The notes under the pieces are model-generated. The model worked only from the letters and a program-made list of their open reading frames with translations. It did not search any database and was not told the origin of the DNA. A stretch of 64,000 bases of DNA, taken from assembly GCA_024405635.1 (NCBI GenBank), contig JAKSOL010000004.1, positions 1-64,000 on the forward strand. Direction: 5' to 3'. The position numbers were made by a program, and so were the translations under genes. Each line of letters opens with the position of its first letter. The stretch's first letter is position 1. The stretch comes from Salinivirgaceae bacterium (GTDB lineage Bacteria; Bacteroidota; Bacteroidia; Bacteroidales; SZUA-534). Of the stretch, positions 1-10,900 are shown piece after piece.

Positions 1-157
1 AAACATTAATAGTTTAAAATCCTTAGTTTTTTGAATAATGCACAATGGGTTTTTATAGTGTTAATAAACAACCTGTTGTAGGCAACATTATAAATTTTGT
101 TTAACGGCATCATTTTATGTAGAAGTTTTTGTTTCTCGAAGTTCCGAATGGTTTAGG

Positions 158-1225
158 TTATTTGCTCAGCACTGGGAACAAGAAATTGTAAACGCTGCTC
201 AATTCGGCTTGAAGATTAGGCGAGTTGGCGGTTACGGCTATCACGGCATCGTTGTCGGGCATTACTATAATGTATTGTCCAAAAGCGCCGTCGGCACGAT
301 ATGCGTTTTGAGGGCAACGCCACATTTGGTATCCGTAGCCCAACAGCCAAGCGCAGTTATCTTCGGTTAGTCCTTTGGCTTCAACCTCGTCGGGGCGTGT
401 GCCAGCTGGCACTGAAGGCACTTGCCAAGCCGATGCCTCGGCAACCCATGCCTCGCTTATCAGTTGTTTGCCATTCCACTTGCCTTTTTGTAGAAACAGT
501 TGACCAAATTTGGCCATATCTTCGGTGGTGATGTACAATCCCCAGCCGCCAACGTTGATGCCTTGTGGGCTCTTCTCCCATTTTGGTTTGCTGATGCCAA
601 GTGGTTCAAATAGTCGTGGAGTCAGAAAATCGACCAATTTTTCGCCCGATAGTTTTTGAACAATGGCCGAAAGCATGTAAGTAGCCATTGAGTTGTAGCA
701 GTACCAAGTGCCTGGAGTTTTGGTTACAGGCTGTGCAAGGAAAGTGCGAGTCCAGTTTGAGAGTTTTGAATGTTCAGGAGCAACTTCGTGTCCGCAGTTC
801 ATTGTCAGCAAGTCGCGAACGGTCATTGCATTTAGGTTGTCCGACACTTCGTCAGGTAAGTCGTCAGGAAAAAGGTCAACAACCTTGTCGGTTACCTTTA
901 GCTTGCCGTCGTCAACAAGCATTCCGATGGCGGTGGCAGTAAACGACTTGCTCACAGAGTGCATTACATGAGGCGTAGTGCTAGCGCCGCCGTTGAGCCA
1001 AGTTTCGTAAACTACTTTGCCATTTTTAAGAATCATCAGGCTTTGCAAAGTCACATCAGGCAGCGAGTCGGTGTGAGCAATCAAGGCTTCGGCCGATGCT
1101 TTAATTTCGGTAGGAGTTGCGGTACGTGGCAACGATTTGCCAATTTGGTTTGTTTGGTTCGATGTGCACGATTGGCACAAAGCCACTGTCGCAAAGGACA
1201 GTATAAATGCTAGTAATCGGTTCAT
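158..1225 (-). CDS. Serine hydrolase, class C beta-lactamase/family VIII esterase-like lipoprotein
   Basis: SxxK (HSVSKS), YNS motif, LLTMxxG, GYGYQMW and RADGAFGQ segments; Cys-containing lipoprotein-like signal. Confidence 0.85.
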   Translation of the reverse strand: MNRLLAFILSFATVALCQSCTSNQTNQIGKSLPRTATPTEIKASAEALIAHTDSLPDVTLQSLMILKNGKVVYETWLNGGASTTPHVMHSVSKSFTATAIGMLVDDGKLKVTDKVVDLFPDDLPDEVSDNLNAMTVRDLLTMNCGHEVAPEHSKLSNWTRTFLAQPVTKTPGTWYCYNSMATYMLSAIVQKLSGEKLVDFLTPRLFEPLGISKPKWEKSPQGINVGGWGLYITTEDMAKFGQLFLQKGKWNGKQLISEAWVAEASAWQVPSVPAGTRPDEVEAKGLTEDNCAWLLGYGYQMWRCPQNAYRADGAFGQYIIVMPDNDAVIAVTANSPNLQAELSSVYNFLFPVLSK

Positions 1226-1410
1226 AGTAAAAAAAATTTCAGGTTAATAAAACCTAAATGTAAGACAATATATCGTAGCAAGAGAAGAAAAATATGTAGC
1301 CGCTGCAAAAGCGAAAAAAATTCATGGTTATAAAATGGCAAAACTTAGCGCAAAAACAGACAAACATCGATATATCATAAGTATATGGTTGCATAAGCGC
1401 CAAAAGGTTT

Positions 1411-1418
1411 TAGTTTTG
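1411..1418 (+). promoter_or_regulatory. Bacteroidota sigma-A -7 element (TAGTTTTG) upstream of the xylanase gene
   Basis: Matches TAnnTTTG, 35 nt upstream of the ATG at 1454. Confidence 0.65.
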
Positions 1419-1453
1419 CCATTATAGAATTCATTCACTAAAAAATTAAGTAT

Positions 1454-3700
1454 ATGAAAAAACCACTAGCAAAAAATTTGCTTGCTCTTGCTTTGACAAT
1501 GAGCATAGGTTCTGCTATGGCCCAATTTGGCCGTCCAGAGCCAGAAGATCCAACAGGTTTGAAAGATGCCTACAAGGACTACTTCAAAGTTGGTGTGGCA
1601 GTTAACATGCGCAACATGGGTAATCCTGATGAGGTAAAACTAATCCTAAAGGAGTACAACAGTATCACTGCCGAAAACGACCACAAAGTAGGTCAAATTA
1701 ACCCAAAAGAGGGCGTTTACAATTGGGGCCCAGCCGACACAATTGCAAACTTCTGCCGTAAAAACAACATTCCAATGCGTTTGCACAACTTGTGCTGGCA
1801 TAGCCAATTTGCCGATTGGATGATGTATGACAAAAAAGGCAATCTTGTAAAAAAAGAAGTATTCTACTCACGTTTGCGTAACTACATTATGACCGTTGTA
1901 AAACGTTATGCTGATGTAACTTACGCTATCGACGTAGTAAACGAAGCAATGGCCGATGGCGATGGTCGTCCACGTTGGATGGGACCAGGCAAAGGCATGC
2001 AAACTCCAAGCCCATACCGTCAGTCAAAATTGTTTGAGTTGTGCGGTGACGAGTTCATTGCTAAAGCTTTCCAATTTGCTGAAGAGGCAATTATTGCAGC
2101 AGGCAAACCAGAAATTCAACTTTACTACAACGACTACAACGCTGCTGACCCAGCAAAACGCGACCGCATCTACGACATGGTTAAAAAGATGAAGGAAGAG
2201 TACAAAGTGCGTGTTGATGGTATTGGTATGCAAGCTCACTACAACGTGTTTGGTCCAAGCAACGAGGACATTGATGCAGCAATTACCAAATATGCTACAA
2301 TTGTAAAGAACGTACAATTCACCGAAATGGACATTCGTGCAAACGAGGAAATGGGTGGCCAACTTCAGTTTAGCCGCGAAGGCATGGAGATTAAACCATA
2401 CGTTAAGGACCTTCACACTGCAAAATGGAACGACCTTTTCAAAATTCTTCGCAAACACAAAGATGTTGTAAACTCGGTAACCTTCTGGAACGTATCTGAT
2501 AAAGATTCGTGGGTTGGCACTTCAAACTATCCACTTCTTTTCGACAAAGATTTGAAGAAAAAAGTAGCTTACAACGCAGTTAAAAAATTCGACGTTAATG
2601 TTGATAATGCTGTAATTAAAGAAGACTTTGTTCCAAATAGCTTGAACCAACCAGGTCAAGAGTATCCACAAGTTAACTCACAAGGTTATGGCCGTTTCCG
2701 CATCGATGCTCCACAAGCTAAATCGGTAATTGTTAGTCTTGGTCTTGGTGGCCATGGTGGTACCGTTCTTCACAAAAACAAAGACGGCATTTGGGAAGGT
2801 ACAACTGAGGCTCCAATGGACCCAGGTTTCCACTACTATCACTTGACAATTGACGGTGCTACCGTTAACGATCCAGGAACAGGCAACTACTTTGGTTCAT
2901 GCCGTTGGGAGAGTGGTATTGAAATTCCTACCAACGACGACAAAGATTTTTATGCTGTTCGCAACGACATTAAACATGGTCAATATCACGAAATTCAATT
3001 CTGGAGCGAGAGCACCAAGAGCATGAAACGTGCATTTGTTTACACTCCAGCCGATTATGGCAAAAACGTTGACAAAAAAGGCAACGTAGTAGCTAAGGGC
3101 ACACAAAAACGTTACCCAGTTCTTTACCTACAACATGGTTGGGGCGAAAACGAAACATCTTGGCCAGTTCAAGGTCATGTTAAAGACATTATGGACAACC
3201 TTATAGCCGATGGCAAATGCGATCCATTTATTGTAGTAATGACTTACGGCATGACCAACGACGTTAAGTTTGGCTCACTTGGTGGTTTCAACAACTTCCA
3301 CTCAGCATTTGAAACAGTTCTAATTGAAGAACTTATTCCATACGTTGATGCAAACTTTAACACAATTGCCGACCGCGACCATCGTGCAATGGCAGGTTTG
3401 TCAATGGGTGGTATGGAAACTCACCTTATCACACTTGACCGTCCTGAGGTATTTGGCTACTGGGGCATTCTTTCTGGTGGCATGTACACTCCAGACGAGC
3501 TTGCAAAAGCATCGGTTAAACCAAACTTTGTATTCATGTCAACTGGCGAGAAAGAGAATCCAGTAGGAATTCGCAAGGCAGCCGACGACTTGAACGCAGC
3601 TGGTTACAAGGCAATGAGCCACGTATCAGATGGTACAGCTCACGAGTTCTTGACATGGCGCCGTGCTCTTTACACAATGGCTCCATACCTTTTCAAGTAA
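1454..3700 (+). CDS. Bifunctional GH10 endo-1,4-beta-xylanase / CE1 (feruloyl/acetyl) esterase with a central CBM48-like domain
   Basis: Signal peptide; GH10 motifs TAEN, HNLCWHSQ, DVVNEA (acid/base), YNDYN, TEMD (nucleophile); esterase YPVLYLQHG, GLSMGG nucleophile, HEFLTWRR. Confidence 0.92.
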   Translation: MKKPLAKNLLALALTMSIGSAMAQFGRPEPEDPTGLKDAYKDYFKVGVAVNMRNMGNPDEVKLILKEYNSITAENDHKVGQINPKEGVYNWGPADTIANFCRKNNIPMRLHNLCWHSQFADWMMYDKKGNLVKKEVFYSRLRNYIMTVVKRYADVTYAIDVVNEAMADGDGRPRWMGPGKGMQTPSPYRQSKLFELCGDEFIAKAFQFAEEAIIAAGKPEIQLYYNDYNAADPAKRDRIYDMVKKMKEEYKVRVDGIGMQAHYNVFGPSNEDIDAAITKYATIVKNVQFTEMDIRANEEMGGQLQFSREGMEIKPYVKDLHTAKWNDLFKILRKHKDVVNSVTFWNVSDKDSWVGTSNYPLLFDKDLKKKVAYNAVKKFDVNVDNAVIKEDFVPNSLNQPGQEYPQVNSQGYGRFRIDAPQAKSVIVSLGLGGHGGTVLHKNKDGIWEGTTEAPMDPGFHYYHLTIDGATVNDPGTGNYFGSCRWESGIEIPTNDDKDFYAVRNDIKHGQYHEIQFWSESTKSMKRAFVYTPADYGKNVDKKGNVVAKGTQKRYPVLYLQHGWGENETSWPVQGHVKDIMDNLIADGKCDPFIVVMTYGMTNDVKFGSLGGFNNFHSAFETVLIEELIPYVDANFNTIADRDHRAMAGLSMGGMETHLITLDRPEVFGYWGILSGGMYTPDELAKASVKPNFVFMSTGEKENPVGIRKAADDLNAAGYKAMSHVSDGTAHEFLTWRRALYTMAPYLFK

Positions 3701-3722
3701 TCAGTTAATCTGATAAAAATAC

Positions 3723-3766
3723 AATCGCCACAATCGGCATTACAGCTGGTTGTGGCGATTTTTTTT
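3723..3766 (+). terminator. Intrinsic terminator after the xylanase/esterase gene
   Basis: AATCGCCACAA...TTGTGGCGATT stem followed by a T run. Confidence 0.8.
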
Positions 3767-3858
3767 GTTGAACTAATAGGGTTCAGACTTTTATCGGTTA
3801 GAGATTAAGTAAAACATAAAACGACCACTCGATTAATCTCTAATCGTTATCAATTGGC

Positions 3859-4902
3859 TTAATTCCAATTGCTTAGGCGTGTGCTAAATGTGATGGAGTT
3901 GCTACGCGATGCCAAATGGTAGCGGGCGTTGGCGTAGCTAAGTTGAAACTTTTTAAGGTTTAGTCCCAAGCCCCACGATAAACCAGCGGCGCCAGGACTA
4001 TCGGCAAGTTTTAGTTCTTGTCGAGTTTTGTGGTTATAGCCCACGCGAATGTTAAAACTTTTGGCTGGCACAAATTCAATGCCCAGTGCAAGGTGGCGCA
4101 AACTGTTGTCAATAAAATTTGGAATAACGTTTTCCTCTTTCACATCTACACCATTTTCGGCATACGAGGTTTGAGAGTGTTTAAGTTTAAATCGCTCAAG
4201 GTGTTGCAGTTGCAAGCAAATGCGAAAAGGCGCGTAGGCCAGTTTGTAGGCCAATGCGGCATCAATCTCAAAAGGCACTTTGTAGGTGTCAGTACCGTAG
4301 TACGAAGTTATTTGAGCACCAATGTTGCGTATCAGCAAGGTGGCGCACAAGTTGCTATTTGGCGAATAAAGGGCGCTAACATCGGCCAACAAACCGATTG
4401 AAGAGTATCCGCCAATGTACGACAACACAGGCTTGACGGTAGCTCCAATGGCAAAACACGAATCGAATTGGCGGCTATAGCTAAAGTTGAAGCAAAACTC
4501 GTTGCTATAAAAAGTGCCGTTGCTAATTCCGTATTGGTCGATGCGAGTGTTTTTGCCGCTGTTGAGGTAAGTGATGCCAGCTGCCACTGTGCCAGGGATT
4601 TTTTTTAGAGTAGTGCAGTAGGTGGCGTTGCCCAATGTTATGTCGGCAATGTATCGGTTTACGTTAAGCGATAACTTTTCGGTTGTGCTTGCATTAAGCA
4701 GCGCAGGGTTGATAGTAGCAAGAGCCAAATCACCATCGTTTATAGCTAAGGGAACATTGCCCAAGGCTGCAGCTCTGGCCGATTGTGGAATGGTAACAAA
4801 CTCGTACACATATTTGCCGTTTTGCTGTGCAGTAGCAAATTGGTTAGTCAAAAGGCTCAAAACCAAAAGCAAAAAAGCAAGTATGCGAGCTGATGCGTTC
4901 AT
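3859..4902 (-). CDS. porQ: Type IX secretion system protein PorQ
   Basis: Signal peptide; SARAAALG, INPALL, GYNHKTRQEL and GLSWGLG beta-barrel motifs of the PorQ/PorV family; directly downstream of sprA. Confidence 0.8.
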   Translation of the reverse strand: MNASARILAFLLLVLSLLTNQFATAQQNGKYVYEFVTIPQSARAAALGNVPLAINDGDLALATINPALLNASTTEKLSLNVNRYIADITLGNATYCTTLKKIPGTVAAGITYLNSGKNTRIDQYGISNGTFYSNEFCFNFSYSRQFDSCFAIGATVKPVLSYIGGYSSIGLLADVSALYSPNSNLCATLLIRNIGAQITSYYGTDTYKVPFEIDAALAYKLAYAPFRICLQLQHLERFKLKHSQTSYAENGVDVKEENVIPNFIDNSLRHLALGIEFVPAKSFNIRVGYNHKTRQELKLADSPGAAGLSWGLGLNLKKFQLSYANARYHLASRSNSITFSTRLSNWN

Positions 4903-4908
4903 TGTGGT

Positions 4909-7900
4909 TTATAGTTTAGCAAGCGAGAATTTGAGCGAGAATCCAAATTCGGTAGTTGAGTTACGGTACGAGTTTGATGTTTTTGGGCTAGTAAGGTTGT
5001 AGTCGTAATACAAGCGTAAGGTAACTTTTTCGTTTATCTCGTATTCGCCCGACAGGTCGAGAGCCATACCCAGTTGTCCTGCGGTTATTTCGTTCGACAT
5101 TAGAATCATGTCGCGAGTTACGGTAATGTTGTCGCTCAAAGTAAAGTCGGCGCGTACGTTTATGTCGCTTACAAAAGGTTCGCCTTTTCGGTTTTTGAAT
5201 GGCAACACCACTTGGTCGAACCTATAACCAGCTCCCACCACATACTCGTTGCGGTGCACTTCAAGCAATTGGCAGTTGGTAAGGTTCATGGTAATGGTTC
5301 GCGATTTTTTAAGTTCAAATTTTGTGCTCAAACTGTTTTTCCAAGTCATGTCAACACCCAAGAATGGAGCAAATGTTTCGGTGATTGAGAAACTATTAAT
5401 GTCGAATTTAGGCACAAACATATTTGTATTCACCTCGCTTGTGGCCCACGACATGTAGTTGCAAATAGGGCTGGCAGCTTGAGTGTAGTTGTAACGAGTG
5501 TTGGTAACAAACGAACTAACAGCAAAAGCGCTTGTGTAGGAGTGCGATATGGCAATTGTTTTAAATCGTTTGGCAAAAGGTTCGTAGTTTATCAAGCCAT
5601 CGTATTTTACTTTCCATCCTGGGCGGAAGAACGACCACGCAGTAAAGTCGAGTTTTTTGCCATGAACGTTGGTACCAGTGTAGGCAGCCAAGAAAGCGGG
5701 AACCGCAACTTCGGGGTTTGAAATAGCGTAGCCAGCCGGCATCAAGTCGGGGTTGAAAGTAGGGTTGTACGAACCAAAAAACGCAGGCGCTTTGCCGCGG
5801 CGTTCTTCGGCTTTTTGCCAAGCCACACTACGTAGGTTTGTGCGGAATTGAGTAAACGATTCGGACTGCAAGTTTTTTTCGGTAGGACGTTTGTTAAACG
5901 CAGTGTTCAGTGTCCACACATTAACATTGTAGCCGCCCGATTCCATTTTGGTCGATCGGCTTACGCTGTATTGATTGGTTTGGCTATCGAAATCGCCTGC
6001 CAAAAAATATTCGCTAGTGCGGTGGTTTATTGTCCGTTGTCCGTTAAAATCAACTTTTAGAGCTTTAACAGGCTGATATGTTGCCTTAAAATCCCATCGT
6101 TGGCTGTTGGTCATTAAAAAAGGTTGAATAAGGTCGGTGTTTGAAATGGATTGACCTTTTAGCGCTGCTTTGTTTGCCAAATCGGCATCTTGCCAACCAA
6201 ATACAAAAGCCCAACCGGGATTTGTGCTAAGGTTTGCAAAACTATATTCGGGAGTGTAGCCCGCAAGCGACGAAGCGTTTGATTCGGTATAGGCTGCCGA
6301 AAGGTTTTTAAAACCAGTAACAGCAAGCACTGTTCCTTCCCAAATAATCTGAGCAGCCGAGTCTTTCTTTTTGCGGCGGCCCGAAATGGTAACGGTAGCG
6401 TCTTTAATGTCGCTGTCGATGGTAACAAGCACGCGGTTGGCGTTGGCTATCGTAAATCGCGATTTAACCTCAGTGCCGTTGGCATCAACCACTTTTACGG
6501 TTATGTCTTCTTCGGTGCCAAGGTTGTGTGTTACCGATTTTTGTATGCCCTTTTTGGCTTTGAATTTTTGGCTTATGGTTACGTCTTCAAACGTTTCTTT
6601 TTTGCGTTTGTCGCGCGTTTGCTTGTATTTTTTGTCCAAGTCCGACAGGTATTTCACCTTTTTGTAAAGGTTGGTAAGGTTGGCTTGGGCATTGGCATTT
6701 TTTTGGTTAGTGTTGTCAATAGTGTTGCCAGGATTAAGCGAGGGGTCTTCGGTTTCGTTGCCGCGCAACCAGCGGTAAGATGAGTTGTAGCGTAAGGTTA
6801 GTGTAGTCCAGTCGAACAGTGGAATTTTGTTTATTGGTACGGTGTATGATGCCGAGAATTTTTGGTTGTGATCTACCGCCATTCCTCCTTCAAGAATCGA
6901 CTCCCAAACATCTTTTTTGTATTGCTGATATTCGGTGCGCAACTCTTTGTCAATCAAACCTTCGGGCTCTTCAATCTCGGTAAGAGTGTTCATTAGCCAA
7001 GTGAATTTTATGCCTTTCGATAGGTTGTATTTTATGCTTATTTCGCGTTCCCAATCAAAGGTTTTGTTGTAGGTAGGGCGATAATCTTCGCCTGCCGAAG
7101 TGATGCTTAACCTTGAGTTGCGTAGCAAAGTCTCGTTATACTCGCGCTCCATGCCAGTGCGCATGGCTATTTGGGTTGGGGCCAAATAAAAGTTTACATC
7201 GCCAATAATGCGCAGATAAGGTTTGCGCATCACTTTCATTTTTTTGAAAGGTTCAATGGCTTTAGGTTTGTTGTTAAACGTGTAGTTTAAAGCGCCTTTG
7301 TGAGTGTTGGTTTTGTCGTAAGCAATGTTGTGGTCGCTATAGTTTTCTTGAGTATAGGCATAACTCACGCTGAAGTTTTCGGGCGAGTAAAAGTGTGTTT
7401 TGCTTTGCGATTGAGAGTTGTTGCGTTTGCGAGCCGATTTGTCATCTTTATCGGTGTCGTTGTTTTTGTTTTCGTCTTTTTTGCGATTTATAGGACCAAG
7501 TCCAGCGTTTGTTATGCTGATGCTTTTACGCTCGGTAAGTTCCTGAATTTCTGATAGATATTCTTTCTTTTGTTCGCGGTTTTTCTTTTTCAGTTCGTTT
7601 TTAACCTTCACATCTTGGTTGTAAGGGTTGTATTCGGGATTGACGGCCATGCGCGAGTAACTTGCAAACACAGGCAAGCGCACATTAGCGTTTTTGGGGA
7701 AGAACTTGCCAAGGTTAATGTTGGCGCTAACGTCAAACTGGTTGGTTTGTTCCATTGCACGCTCCGATGTTGATTGCTCAATGCTACCAAATCCAGCTTG
7801 GGTCGTGCTTCCGGCCATTGATACGCTGCCCAAGTCGGCTAGTTTAAAGTTCATGCTACCAGTAGCTGCCCAACCGCCATCTTCGTTAAAGTCGGTTAGT

Positions 7901-10900
7901 CGGAGTTCGTTAACCCACACTTCAACGTCTTTTTCAAGGCCGTCGTCGTTGTTGCTAAAAACGTTGTCTTTTTTCAAGGGGTTTCTAATACCAATCATCA
8001 GCGATTTTACCACAGCGATGTTTGGGTTACCCATAACGGTTATTTTGCGTTTGGTGCCGCGGTTGTTGGTAATAACCACATAAGGTTTGGTGTTCGACAC
8101 TGTTGTGCTGCCGTTGTCAATCTCGCGGTTGCGTTCTAGTTTGGCATCAATCAGTTCGTCAAACACAATCTCCATGTTGTTTTCTTCGGGCCAAACAAGC
8201 AAGCGGTTGGTATTGTTGTCGGGGTAGGCGCGCGATGTCCACCAAGGAGTAAGTTTTAGAGGAACCTCGTATTCGTAGTAGTTTTCGGTGTAGTCTTGTC
8301 CAATGCGAATAAAGCAGGTAATGTCGTTGTCGTTAAGCGATGATTCGTCGCCGCGCGCTTCGGCGTGGATAAACATCTTCAGTTTTTTGTAGTTGCGCAT
8401 ATCGATTAACGAGTTTTTGTAAATGGCTTTTGAGTAGCCATCGGCAAGATTGTCAACGCGTATCGACATGCTTTGCTCGTTAAGTTCAACCAACTGGGTT
8501 TGCGAAGGGTCTTGTTCGCGAGTTACGCCAGGAGGCAACAGGTAGTTTACAGGCGACCGGCTACCGTTTTCTTCAATGTTTACGGTGCTAACGCTCAGTG
8601 CAGCAGCACTTTCGTCAATGTTTTCGTTGCCTAAGGTAAGTCGTTCGTCGCCCTCTTTTAGGTTATAATCGTAGGTGTACCAGTCGCCTTTCACAAGTTC
8701 GAGTGTGGCAAAACGTAGCACTATTTTTTGTTCCCAACCGTGTAGGAACATACGCATAAAGCGGATTGATGTAAAGTCCTCAATGTCGCCAATTTGTTGG
8801 CGTTGGCTCGATTTAAGAGGAATGCGGAATAGGTACCATTTTACTGTTTTGCGTTGCGAGTTTGGCATTGAGTTGGTAACAGTGCGCTCGTCAACAATGT
8901 AGTTGCTGCCCACTTGAAGACCTTCTTTGTAAAGGTCAACTTTGTACTGAAAGTACGATTCGCTTTCGCTTAAGGTGTAGTCGCCGTTAATGTCTTCAAC
9001 ATCGGGTCGCGAAGTGGCGTAGGTTGTGGTTGAGCCATTGCTTACAGGCGAGTTGCCTTCCATGTTGTTAAAGTTCATGTAGCGGTCAACAATGCTTAGT
9101 TTTTCGTCATCGTAATCGCTGCCGCGGAAGTAGTGGTAGTCGTCGCCTGAAGGGTCGTTTTTAAATTGGCTAAATGCTTCGGGGTTAGTAACAATAGCTT
9201 TCAAAAGGTCGAGAAACGATGAGAAGAAAACTTGTTCGTCGTCGCTGTTCATTCCGTCAAGTCCCACATCTTGTTGGGTACGTTGGCTCTCTTCGTTTAC
9301 AAAACTGCTGGTGCTGGTTTGCACAGCTGGCACGCGACCCCAAACGGTAATGTCGTAGTTTAGTCCGTTGGTCGAAGTTGGCAAGCCGTTTTCGTAACTT
9401 TTGCGGCCGTCTTTCAGCACATCTTCCGACACGTTACCAAAGTTAAAGTACAATTGACCGCCGGTATTGGCCGAGTCTTCTTCAACAAAAGGGTCCATCA
9501 TCCAAAACTCCAAATACTCAATGTTTGAAGTCTCAAAGTTTTTGGTTGTTGTTTCGCGCATAATGCCGGCCCATTTTGAGGCTGGGGTACGAAATCGACC
9601 ATTTGCATCGTAATCGTTAACACTGTAGTTGTAAGGACCACGTTGGGTAGGGTCGTAGGCCAAATCGAAAGTTGTAAGGTAAGTAGCCTCGCCAGTTGAT
9701 TGGTCGCGGTTTGGATATATGTTCAGTTCGGGAACGCGGTAGCATTGCAGTTTCGATTGCTCGTCGCGCGACATGGGCGAACCCGATTGAAACATTAGCG
9801 GGTCAATTTTGTACCAAGCCAATTTAGCGCGGTTGTATCCCGATGCAAGGTTGTTGTAGTAAGCAGCCTCGGGAAAAATGTTGTCTTGCGGAATGCTGGC
9901 CAAAGTCCAAGCGTCGCGGCTTGTCATGTCAAATGATGCCTCGCTGCTTTCAAAGTCGTCAATATAAACCTCGCCTGCTTTGCTCACAGCTTTGTTGTGG
10001 CCTGGTATAAGTTGGGCAAACTCGCCAGTTACTGCCATCGACGATGTTTCTTTTGTCTCAATTAACGGTAGCTTGTCAATTATTTTAGTCAGAAACGGCA
10101 AGTCGGTTTCGTAGGCGCCATCGAGTCCCCAAATGGTGTTTGAAATAGGATCTTCGCCAATGTTAACCTTGGTTGTGGTTGGTTTTTCGGTAAGCCGCAT
10201 CACTGTACCGCCCAAGTTAAATTTGTCGCTAAAACGATAATCTAAGTGGGTGCCAAGCAGTGTTTTGGTCATCATGTTAAAGGTTGAGTTGCTCTCCAAC
10301 GATATTTTGATTGGTGTGCCTGAAACTAAGTAACTCTCGTTCAGAATTTTTACGCGGCCCATGCTGTAGTCAACCCTATAGTCAACGTTTTCGGTAAGAG
10401 TGATGCCGCCTGCGGTTACCACCACCGAACCTTCGGGAATGTTAAACGAGTTGAGCATTATTTCGTCGCCACCTTGCGATTTGTACGAACCTTTAAGGTA
10501 AAACTTGCTTTTTGATGTTACTTGTTGAGCTTTGTATTGGGTTGAGTCGTACAACTCTTGAAAAACGTATTGTTTAATAGCTAAAGCATTGCCAAGAGTG
10601 TCGGCCAAGTGACCGCCAAAAGGTTCAACTACTGGAAAAATGATGCGGCCGTTTTGTTGAACAATGGTTAAACCTGGCACAAAATCGAAAAATCCGTTGC
10701 CGCCTTTCACATAGTCGTTTTTGCTGTTCAAACGGTCAAGACGCATCAAATTCAGCAACTTGGTGCTTCGTATTTCGTCGCTCAACAGAGGATTGGTTAG
10801 TTTGCGCACGCGATTTTTGTTGTCGTAATATTCAACCTCAAGCACAAAATCGTCGCTATTAATTTGATAAGCACCAAGCGAGTAAATGTTCTTCATCATC

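Noticed and set aside
1-6. Possible ATG (minus strand, positions 4-6) of a gene leaving the window
   Set aside because: Only two codons visible; cannot be evaluated
158-1225. Antibiotic-resistance interpretation of the beta-lactamase-fold gene (and of the MBL-fold gene at 28697)
   Set aside because: The motifs define broad hydrolase superfamilies; nothing here specifically indicates beta-lactamase activity
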